Origin: Desulfosoma sp.
GTDB lineage: Bacteria > Desulfobacterota > Syntrophobacteria > Syntrophobacterales > DSM-9756
Assembly: GCA_037481835.1 (NCBI GenBank)
Contig: JBBFKW010000001.1
Span: forward strand, 75,403 to 139,402
Length of the DNA: 64,000 nt
Reading direction: 5' to 3'
The position numbers and the translations under genes were made by a program. The notes beneath the pieces were generated by a model. It ran no database searches, was not told the origin of the DNA, and worked only from the letters and a program-made list of their open reading frames with translations. Positions within the stretch are counted from its first letter, which is position 1. Each line of letters begins with the position of its first letter. Below are positions 1 to 7,605 of this stretch, in pieces.

Positions 1-1088
1 CTCTTCACGTGCCCGATATCCAGCGTGGGCAGGTATTCCAAAATCGTCTGGGTCACCTCGTGGGCCAACCCCAACGTAATGGGCACCCCCAGAATGCTGC
101 TCTTGGCCATGAGGCCCACGAGGCAGCTTTCCAGCCGGCGGACATCTCCGGTCACGCGATCGGCCAAAAATTCCACCACGTCCATGGGCAGCTGCACGTT
201 GTCGTAGGCGGCCTTGCGCCGGATGATTTCCTTGCGGGTGTCGAAGTCCGGCCGGTCGATGGGCGCCATGAGCAGGCCGCCGAGACGGGAGCGCAATTCG
301 CGGTTGAGCTTGGGGATGTCCTTGGGGGACGTCTTTCCCGTGCAGATGATCCGGCGGCCTCGGTCCAGGATCTCATCAATCGTGTAGATGAGTTCGTCCT
401 GGATCTTTCGCTTGCCGCTGAAAAATTCCACCTTTTCCAGCAACAGGACATCGCACCCGTCACGGTAGGCTTTTTTGAACTCTTCGATGCGGTCCCGCTT
501 CAGGGCCGACACCATCTCATTGGTGAATTGTTCCGCCGTGACGTAACGCACCCGCATGGACGGCGCCTGCTGCATGAGGAAATTGCCCACCGCGTGGGTG
601 AGGTGGCTCTTGCCCAGCCCGGGGTCCGCCATGAGGTACACCGATTGGTGCTGGAACCCCCGCTGCCCCGTCATGGCCCTGCACGTGGCGTAGGCGAAAT
701 GGTTGGATTGGCCCACGACGAACTGGTCGAAGGTGAACCGAGGATTGAACACGGAACGCACGGGCTGGCCGATATCGAGAAAGGAAAGCTGCGCAGATGG
801 GCGCTCATCCCCTTGATCGTCTTCGTCTTCTCGGTCCATTTCCGGTGTTTTTGGCTGGATTTCGAAGCGGCATTCGGCCAGTTGGGGAAATCGTTCCCGA
901 GCCGCTTCGAGAATACGGCCGGACAAGTTGACGCGAACCCAGTCGGCGTGGAATTTGTTCCGGCACCCCAAGGTGAGGCAATGCCCGTCGAAGCGAACGA
1001 ACGTCAAGGTGGCGACGTAAAAGTCATATTGGCCCTTGGATAGCCCTTGTTTGAGCCTCTCGCAAACGGCATCCCATTCGTTCTGCAT
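1..1088 (-). CDS. dnaA: Chromosomal replication initiator DnaA-family protein, divergent and probably a paralog; 3' end lies outside the window
   Basis: Not in the ORF track because it has no stop in the window. Manual translation: MQNEWDAVCERLK...FNPRFTFDQFVVGQSNHFAY...ADPGLGKSHL (Walker A)...YVTAEQFTNE...DVLLLEKVEFF...ELRSRLGGLLMAPIDRPDF. GGAGG RBS lies upstream of GTG/ATG. Confidence 0.85.
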   Translation of the reverse strand, partial: MQNEWDAVCERLKQGLSKGQYDFYVATLTFVRFDGHCLTLGCRNKFHADWVRVNLSGRILEAARERFPQLAECRFEIQPKTPEMDREDEDDQGDERPSAQLSFLDIGQPVRSVFNPRFTFDQFVVGQSNHFAYATCRAMTGQRGFQHQSVYLMADPGLGKSHLTHAVGNFLMQQAPSMRVRYVTAEQFTNEMVSALKRDRIEEFKKAYRDGCDVLLLEKVEFFSGKRKIQDELIYTIDEILDRGRRIICTGKTSPKDIPKLNRELRSRLGGLLMAPIDRPDFDTRKEIIRRKAAYDNVQLPMDVVEFLADRVTGDVRRLESCLVGLMAKSSILGVPITLGLAHEVTQTILEYLPTLDIGHVK

Positions 1089-1644
1089 CACCAACGCCTC
1101 CCTGGAAAACCGGTCCCTCTGCCGCCCTGGAAAAGGCCGCACCTCAGGCATCCGGGAAGAAACGCCTCGGGGCGATCCCGCGAGCGGCGGAGGGTGCGAA
1201 GGAGTTCTCGTGAATGGAACCGTACGGAATGTCTACAGAAACAGAGCACATGACAACCTGAGCCCCGTGCCTTGTCGCGCTCTTCTGATACCGACTTTGC
1301 CCGGGGAGGTCAAAGTCCGTCTGGGCCCATCTGCCGCCGGCGCCGAAGCCGCTTTTGGAAGGAAATTCTTTCGCGATGCACAGATCTTAGCCGCCCATCC
1401 CATGCAAGTGCGCGATTCGCGACTTGTTTATGGACGCCATGTTTTCCGTCGCAATATCGTTTTCTTGGCCGCATCCCCTCGGGGGAAGGACACCCCGTCC
1501 GTTTCCGGAAACTCCCCATTTCTCTTCCTTTTGAAAAATTTCACCAAATTTTAACACAGAGCGCCGTCGAGGCTCCCGCGGCTTGAATCTTCCATCGGTT
1601 GTGGTAGGCTGCGGGGGAAATCCAGTGCGGAAGGGGGCGTTCCA

Positions 1645-2232
1645 TTGAAGATTCCCACCATGATCGAGTGCTTGGAGCTTTTGAAGACGGTCCGAGTCCC
1701 GCCCCACATCGTGGCCCACAGCACGGAAGTCGCCCGGTGTGCGGTGGCGCTGGCCCGGAATCTCAACGGCACCGGCCGCCGGTTGAACGAAGGTTTGCTC
1801 TGGGCCGGCGGGCTGCTGCACGACATCGCCAAGGAAATTTCTCTGAAAACGGGAGAAAACCACGCCCGGCTGGGGGCCGCCCTGTTGGAACAGTGGGGCT
1901 TCGGCGCTGTGGCGCCCATCGTGCGCGATCACATCGAACTCGACCCGTCCATGCTGGAAGAACCCCTTTCGGAATCGGTCGTGGTCAACTACGCGGACAA
2001 GCGGGTCAAGCACGACGAAATCGTGACCCTGGATGTGCGCTTTGCAGACCTCGTGGCTCGATACGGCAAGACCCCGGAAAAGAAAGCGTTTCTGGAACGC
2101 CGTTGGGCGCTGTACAAAATCCTGGAGCGAAAACTTTTCGCCCACACTGGCATCCGCCCGGATCGGCTTGCCGATGAAGCCCGCAAGGTTCCGCGGCCCC
2201 AGGAAGGTGTGGACCACGGCACGACGGCATGA
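1645..2232 (+). CDS. HD/HDIG domain metal-dependent phosphohydrolase
   Basis: HIVAHS...LLHDIAK...H...DH...YADKR motifs. Confidence 0.85.
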   Translation: MKIPTMIECLELLKTVRVPPHIVAHSTEVARCAVALARNLNGTGRRLNEGLLWAGGLLHDIAKEISLKTGENHARLGAALLEQWGFGAVAPIVRDHIELDPSMLEEPLSESVVVNYADKRVKHDEIVTLDVRFADLVARYGKTPEKKAFLERRWALYKILERKLFAHTGIRPDRLADEARKVPRPQEGVDHGTTA

Positions 2233-2250
2233 ATCCAAGGAGGAAGGCCC

Positions 2251-3198
2251 ATGGCGACGACCAAACTGAGGGTGGCTTTGCTGGCCGGAGGGGTTTCCGC
2301 GGAGAGGGAGGTGTCCCTCAAAAGCGCCCAACAGGTCTATGAGGCGCTCGACAAGGACAAGTACGACATCACCCGCTACGATCCAAAGGACGATCTGCCC
2401 CGGCTCGTTCTGGACGCCCCCTTGATCGATGTGGCCTTGATCATTCTCCACGGCCGCCTGGGCGAGGACGGCACCATCCAGGGCTTTCTCGACTCCCTGG
2501 GCATCCCCTACCAGGGAAGCGGTGTTTTGGGGAGCGCCCTCGCCATGAACAAGATCCTCAGCAAGCGCCTCTACGAACAGGAAGGCCTTCCCGTCGCCCC
2601 TTACGTCATCGCCGACCGGTCCCATCCCCCAAGCACGACGGCCGTTGTGGACCGGCTGGGCTTGCCCGTGGTCGTCAAACCCGAACACGAAGGGTCCAGT
2701 ATCGGCTTGAGCATCGTTCGGGAAGAACGGGATCTGCCCGGCGCTCTGGAAAAGGCCTGGGCCTATGACCGGCGATGCCTCGTGGAAAGGTACATCCCCG
2801 GAGTGGAGGTCACGGGAGGCGTTTTGGGAAACGACGAGGTGCAGGCGTTGCCCCTGGTGGAAATCGTGCCCGGGGAACAATTCGAGTTCTTTGACTACGA
2901 AGCGAAATACACGCCGGGAGCGAGCCGGGAAATCTGCCCGGCCCGCCTTTCCCCGCAACTCACCCGAAAAGCCCAGGAACTGGCCGTCAGGGCGCACCAA
3001 ACCTTATGCTGTCGCGGCTACAGCCGCACGGACATGATGGTCGACCTTGCGGAAGAAAAGATTTACGTCTTGGAAACCAACACGATTCCGGGGATGACCG
3101 AAACCAGCCTTTTCCCGCAGGCCGCGGCCGCCGCCGGCATCCCGTTTCCTCAGCTGCTGGACCGGCTCATCGCCCTGGCCCTGGAAGACAGGAGGTGA
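2251..3198 (+). CDS. ddl: D-alanine--D-alanine ligase
   Basis: GGVSAEREVSLKS, LHGRLGEDGTIQG, GSSIG, FDYEAKY, ETNTIPGMTETSLFP; AGGAGG RBS. Confidence 0.97.
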   Translation: MATTKLRVALLAGGVSAEREVSLKSAQQVYEALDKDKYDITRYDPKDDLPRLVLDAPLIDVALIILHGRLGEDGTIQGFLDSLGIPYQGSGVLGSALAMNKILSKRLYEQEGLPVAPYVIADRSHPPSTTAVVDRLGLPVVVKPEHEGSSIGLSIVREERDLPGALEKAWAYDRRCLVERYIPGVEVTGGVLGNDEVQALPLVEIVPGEQFEFFDYEAKYTPGASREICPARLSPQLTRKAQELAVRAHQTLCCRGYSRTDMMVDLAEEKIYVLETNTIPGMTETSLFPQAAAAAGIPFPQLLDRLIALALEDRR

Positions 3199-4112
3199 AG
3201 CCCCAGGGAGAGGCCCCAGGTGATGCACACAGCCGTGACGAGGCGCGGCACCCACAGCCAAAAGGCCGGGAGGCCCAACGGCAAAAAGAGCATGGGGTCT
3301 TCCACCATGGAATGATTGACCCCGACGGAAAGATGGAGGGATTCCAAATCTTCGGGCGTGAGGTCCGAATTCTTCGCTTCTTCCACAATGACGGCCCCGC
3401 CGTAAGCCAGGCCGAAGACCACCGCCGTCATCCACAGCACCCCGACGCGGTGCGAAAGGCCGAGAATCCGCAAAAGAGGGCTCGTCGCCTTGACGATCCA
3501 CGTGATCCAGTGGCGGGCTTTGGCCACTTCCAGCACCGTCATGATCCCCATGATGATGACGAAGATTTTCAAACAGAGCCGTGCCGTGGAAATCCCCCAA
3601 GCCAGGGTCATGTCCACGAATCCCTGCGGATTCGCCGCCGGGCTGATAGCCGCGTCCACGTCGTGGGGGGTCGTGCCCACGAAAAACTTGAGGACATAGA
3701 CGGTGGCCACCGCGGCCAGGACCCGCACCGCTACGGCTTTCCACGCCTTGATGCCCGACCGGGACTGGATGATGGTCTCCTGGATCATGTTGTGGCAGAT
3801 GAGAATGAAATTGGCGAGAAGGACCATTTCCCCCGTGCTGAACGGCAGGACGGACATGGCGGCGATCCCGCCGTAGACGCTGGTCAGGGCTCCCACGATC
3901 AAGGGCACGGCCCCTACGGCCGGAAGGCCCAAGTGGTGCATGAAGGGTTTGAGCAGGACCGTGAGGGCATCCAGCACCCCGGTCCACGCCAGGATGGCGG
4001 TGCCGTAGGACACCGGGACGACGATCTTGGCCATCCACAGAAATCCTGAAAGCCCCTTGAGGGCTCCTTGCTTGAGGATATCTTTCATCGCCGTCACGGT
4101 GCGCCCTTCCAT
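3150..4112 (-). CDS. Nucleoside-recognition (Gate) domain membrane protein; start may be the ATG at 4088
   Basis: Multiple TM segments with two repeated halves (ICHNMIQE / VNHSMVED) and GLAYGG, typical of Gate-domain proteins. Confidence 0.75.
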   Translation of the reverse strand: MEGRTVTAMKDILKQGALKGLSGFLWMAKIVVPVSYGTAILAWTGVLDALTVLLKPFMHHLGLPAVGAVPLIVGALTSVYGGIAAMSVLPFSTGEMVLLANFILICHNMIQETIIQSRSGIKAWKAVAVRVLAAVATVYVLKFFVGTTPHDVDAAISPAANPQGFVDMTLAWGISTARLCLKIFVIIMGIMTVLEVAKARHWITWIVKATSPLLRILGLSHRVGVLWMTAVVFGLAYGGAVIVEEAKNSDLTPEDLESLHLSVGVNHSMVEDPMLFLPLGLPAFWLWVPRLVTAVCITWGLSLGLHLLSSRARAMSRSSS

Positions 4113-4126
4113 CCCCGGCAGCCCGC

Positions 4127-4741
4127 CTAAGAGGCGATAAAGGTGCCTCGAGGGGCCCCCACATTGTCAAAAGCCGAGTTGAAGTTCCGATACAGGGAAT
4201 GGTGGTCCGGGATGCGGTGCCACTTCTTGATATATCCCGGCGGCAAATCCTTCACCATCTGCACGCCCTTCCATTTTTCCGGGATGGGATAGGCGTAGTA
4301 GGGCAGGTCCTCGGGCACGCCCCGCACCAGGATCACCTGGGGGACCACCCATTCCAGATAGGCCAGGTACAGGCGGTGCATGCCGTCGTTGATGAGGTTC
4401 ACCACCCGGCCGTTGCGTTCCACGGACTCTTCCACCACGGGCGGCAAGAGGTCGATGGGATCGTCTTGGCCGTCAAGCCAGATTTTCAGGTAACCGTTGA
4501 GCCGAAACAGGTCGAAGCCGAAGCGTTCCAGTTCCCACTGAAGGTGCCGGACCTTTTGGAGCTCCTGGACGAGGACGTAGCGCTGCGCCGGGTAAAGATC
4601 CTCGCAGGGGATTTCTTCCAAGCTGATGGTCGCGTCCCGGTAAACATACACGTCGGGGCGTTTGAGCAGCGTGACGCGGCGAAGCCGGTCCAGCAGATCT
4701 CCTTCCGGGCGATACTGCACCTTGGCGATGCGCCATTCCAT
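4127..4741 (-). CDS. Hypothetical protein with ParB/Srx-like motif
   Basis: GAGGAGG RBS; LLPPVVE...LINDGMHRLY resembles the ParB/Srx-fold DGxHR motif. Confidence 0.65.
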   Translation of the reverse strand: MEWRIAKVQYRPEGDLLDRLRRVTLLKRPDVYVYRDATISLEEIPCEDLYPAQRYVLVQELQKVRHLQWELERFGFDLFRLNGYLKIWLDGQDDPIDLLPPVVEESVERNGRVVNLINDGMHRLYLAYLEWVVPQVILVRGVPEDLPYYAYPIPEKWKGVQMVKDLPPGYIKKWHRIPDHHSLYRNFNSAFDNVGAPRGTFIAS

Positions 4742-4754
4742 GATAGGGCCTCCT

Positions 4755-4788
4755 CAAAAGAGGAAAGCCCGCTGGTAGCGGGCTTTTC
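4755..4788 (-). terminator. Probable rho-independent terminator downstream of tRNA-Phe
   Basis: 10-bp stem AAAGCCCGCT-ggt-AGCGGGCTTT, followed on the minus strand by a pyrimidine/U-rich run (CCTCTTTT). Confidence 0.7.
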
Positions 4789-4828
4789 TATGAGTGGGGC
4801 GGTAACCCCGAAATTTGATGAATGCGTG

Positions 4829-4904
4829 TGGTGGCGAGGCCCAGAATCGAACTGGGGACACGAGGATTTTCAGTCCACTGCTCTACCGACTGAGCTACCT
4901 CGCC
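4829..4904 (-). tRNA. tRNA-Phe(GAA)
   Basis: Reverse complement GGCGAGGTAGCTCAGTCGGTAGAGCAGTGGACTGAAAATCCTCGTGTCCCCAGTTCGATTCTGGGCCTCGCCACCA: 76-nt cloverleaf, anticodon GAA, encoded CCA. Confidence 0.97.
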
Positions 4905-4955
4905 GAAACCGTGCGCGAACTTACAGGATCGTTCGAACCCTTGTCAAGCACTTTG

Positions 4956-5996
4956 TCACCGGTCCTCTTCATCGTCCGGTTCAATATAAAAGCCGTCCTC
5001 CAGTTCCAGGACCAGCCCGTCGATGGCGGGCTCTTCCTTTTCCGCCGCCGTCCCTTCGGCCGGCTTCGGCGCATCCTCTTCCGTCAAGGCATCCAGATCC
5101 AGAACAAGGGCTTCGTCTTGGAACTCCCCGCCCGCCGGCTCCTCCGGAGCCGGTTCCTCCAGGCTGAATTCCTGCACGGCCAGGCCGCCGTCGCGCTCTT
5201 CCATAAGGATGAAGACATCTTCATCCTCTTCTTTTCGCCCAGGAGCCTCGTCAGGGGCCTCCAGTTCCCGGACGTCCACTCCAAGGTCTTCATCGATCTC
5301 CAAAGCCCCTTCGGGGACCTCCGGCTCCAACACCACCGCCGACGGCCCCGCCTGTGCCTCGCCGACTTCCGCCCCGTGACCATCGATTTCTTTCAAAATC
5401 CCATCGGCGGATTCCAGCTCGCGGCGCAGCCTTTCCAGCGCTTCATCGGTCATGGCCTCTTCATCCAGGGATTCCGAGAGTTCGGGGTCGTCTTCCACGT
5501 CGGAAAGATCGAAAACCCCCGGCTCCTCCACGGACTCGGCGTCCCCGTCGATTTTCAAGTCCAAAGCCTCGGGCCATGCTTCCGCAGGCGGCGGCTCGGA
5601 CTCGGCCCTTTCGCCCTCGGAAACCTCCAGGGCCAACCCGGAACTCACCGCACCCCCCATGGGCTCGAGCTCTTCCGCCGGCTCCTCGCCTTCGTCAAGA
5701 AGTTCCAGGGTGATCTCTTCGGGCTTTTCGTCCAGATCCACCCTGAGGTCGATTTCTCCCAGGAGGTCCAAGGATGCGCCCGATGGGGCGGCTTCGGCGA
5801 CGACGGCCGTCGTCGTCGCCGAAGCCGCTGCGGCCTTGTGGCTCATGGCAAGAACGGCCTCCAGGATAAAGGCCGGCACCGCCGGCATGAAATCCAAGAG
5901 ATTGAGTTCCGCGCGCACCGCATCCAAGTCCTTACCGCACTTGGCGCAGGCTCTCACGTGATCCGATCCGATGAAACCGCATTTGGGACATTTCAT
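4956..5996 (-). CDS. Zinc-ribbon protein with long acidic low-complexity tail
   Basis: Starts MKCPKCG...CAKCG after a GGAG RBS; remainder is very Glu/Asp-rich; start overlaps the rsmE stop (ATGA). Confidence 0.75.
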   Translation of the reverse strand: MKCPKCGFIGSDHVRACAKCGKDLDAVRAELNLLDFMPAVPAFILEAVLAMSHKAAAASATTTAVVAEAAPSGASLDLLGEIDLRVDLDEKPEEITLELLDEGEEPAEELEPMGGAVSSGLALEVSEGERAESEPPPAEAWPEALDLKIDGDAESVEEPGVFDLSDVEDDPELSESLDEEAMTDEALERLRRELESADGILKEIDGHGAEVGEAQAGPSAVVLEPEVPEGALEIDEDLGVDVRELEAPDEAPGRKEEDEDVFILMEERDGGLAVQEFSLEEPAPEEPAGGEFQDEALVLDLDALTEEDAPKPAEGTAAEKEEPAIDGLVLELEDGFYIEPDDEEDR

Positions 5997-6790
5997 GGTG
6001 TCTCCATCCTCGCTGCAGGTTGGAACTCGGGATGAAACGCCTGTTTCCAAAGCACTTCCACGGCGGCCAGAAGAGCCGTGCAGGCGGTTTCGAAACGCAG
6101 CACGTGCCGGCCCAGGCTTACCGGGACAAATCCGCACGCGTGGAACATCCGCCGTTCTCCTTCCGTCCATCCCCCTTCGGGCCCCACGGCCGAAACGATC
6201 CGCCGGGGCTGGGGATACCGCCGCCACACGGCGAGCAGACTTTCTCGAGGCTCCGTTTCGGACGCCAAGATCCGGATTTCCTTCTCCCCGGGAGGCTCAC
6301 GGCCCAACCGGCCGAGCACCCCTTCCGTGGAATCCTCGCCGCGGATTTCGGGGATCCACGCCCGGCCGCTCTGGCACAAGGCATCCCGCGCAATCTTTTC
6401 GTAACGGCCGAGCCTCTTGTCCTTGCGGGATCCTTCCAGGGCGTATCGGCTGCGCTCCGCCTCGAAGAACCACAGTTCCGAAACGCCCAGTTCCACGGCC
6501 TGCCGCACCACGAGATCCATTCGATCGGAGCGCGCCCACGGCACCATGAACACGGTCCACACGTCATCGGGCTCTTCCCGTGTCACGCTCAGGAGCTCCA
6601 CTTCCACCCGCCCCTGCCGGTGCCCTCGGATGGTCGCCCGTGCCGTGCGACCTCGACCGTCGCACAGTTCCACCGCCTCCCCTTCCCGATGCCGAAGCAC
6701 CCGCCAGAGGTGATGGGACACATCGGCATCGAGCGTCAGGGTTTTTCCGGGCCGATCCAAAGATTCACAAAAAAAACGTCGGCGCGTCAC
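5993..6790 (-). CDS. rsmE: 16S rRNA m3U1498 methyltransferase
   Basis: HLWRVLR, ELGV, QSGR, VGPEGGWT, LGRHVLRFETA. Confidence 0.95.
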   Translation of the reverse strand: MTRRRFFCESLDRPGKTLTLDADVSHHLWRVLRHREGEAVELCDGRGRTARATIRGHRQGRVEVELLSVTREEPDDVWTVFMVPWARSDRMDLVVRQAVELGVSELWFFEAERSRYALEGSRKDKRLGRYEKIARDALCQSGRAWIPEIRGEDSTEGVLGRLGREPPGEKEIRILASETEPRESLLAVWRRYPQPRRIVSAVGPEGGWTEGERRMFHACGFVPVSLGRHVLRFETACTALLAAVEVLWKQAFHPEFQPAARMETP

Positions 6791-6799
6791 GGCACGGTC

Positions 6800-7585
6800 C
6801 TACAAGGCCCCAAGGTACCACGCCGTCAGCTTTTCCCCCCAGAACACGTAGCTGATCGCCCCCAAAGAAAGGAACGGGCCGAAGGGGAGGCGCGCCGCCA
6901 GTCCCCGGCGGGATCGCACCATGACGATCAGCCCCACCGCGGCGCCGACGACGGACGAAAAAAAGATCGTAAAGAGCACGCCCTTCCAGCCGATAAAGGC
7001 TCCGATCATGGCCAGGAGCTTGATGTCTCCGCCTCCCAGTCCGTCCTGGCGGCGAAGTTTCTGGTAGCCCCACGCCACGCCGTAGAAAAGGACGCCTCCC
7101 AGGAGCGCCCCCCCGAGCGCATCGACCCAGCGCACGTGGGAAAAGAGCGCCGCGGCGGCCAGGCCCAACACCAGCCCGCCCAGGGACAACACGTCGGGAA
7201 TGAGGTACGTGTCCAAATCGATAAAAGCGATGAGCAGCAGAAGGGATCCGAAGGTGAAAAAGACGAACAGCGGGGGAGTCGGGCCGAAGGTGCGGTAGAG
7301 TCCCGCGGCCATGAGTCCCGTAAGGAGCTCCACCAGGGGATAGCGCCACGAGATGGCCTGGCGGCAGTGACGGCACCGCCCGCGAAGGAGGAGAAAACTG
7401 AGCACCGGGATGTTGTCGAACCAGCGGATGGGAGCGCCGCAGCCGGGACATCGCGAAGGCGGCGAAACGAGGGACTGGCCCTTGGGCCACCGGTAAATGA
7501 CCACGTTGTAGAAGCTCCCCAGGCAGCATCCGATCACCAGGGCCGCCGCGGGGGCCAGCCATGAACCCCAGCCTTCATACCCCAT
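6800..7585 (-). CDS. pilD: Prepilin peptidase (A24)
   Basis: GSFYNVVIYRWP, SRCPGC, DNIPVLS, CRHC, IDLD, GGGDIKL, PFGPFL. Confidence 0.95.
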   Translation of the reverse strand: MGYEGWGSWLAPAAALVIGCCLGSFYNVVIYRWPKGQSLVSPPSRCPGCGAPIRWFDNIPVLSFLLLRGRCRHCRQAISWRYPLVELLTGLMAAGLYRTFGPTPPLFVFFTFGSLLLLIAFIDLDTYLIPDVLSLGGLVLGLAAAALFSHVRWVDALGGALLGGVLFYGVAWGYQKLRRQDGLGGGDIKLLAMIGAFIGWKGVLFTIFFSSVVGAAVGLIVMVRSRRGLAARLPFGPFLSLGAISYVFWGEKLTAWYLGAL

Positions 7586-7605
7586 AGCCCCGATCCTTCC
7601 GCCCG

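Noticed and set aside
9..1043. 344-aa plus-strand ORF
   Set aside because: Antisense shadow of the dnaA-family gene.
1090..1640. oriC next to the dnaA-like gene
   Set aside because: No perfect TT(A/T)TNCACA box was seen (best is a one-mismatch tttaacaca near 1550), and there is no clear AT-rich unwinding element.
3150..3198. 49-bp convergent overlap of ddl and the Gate gene
   Set aside because: Short 3' overlaps are common in GC-rich genomes, and there is no further evidence of function.
4829..4904. tRNA-Phe as an island integration site
   Set aside because: No duplicated tRNA 3' end and no integrase in the window.
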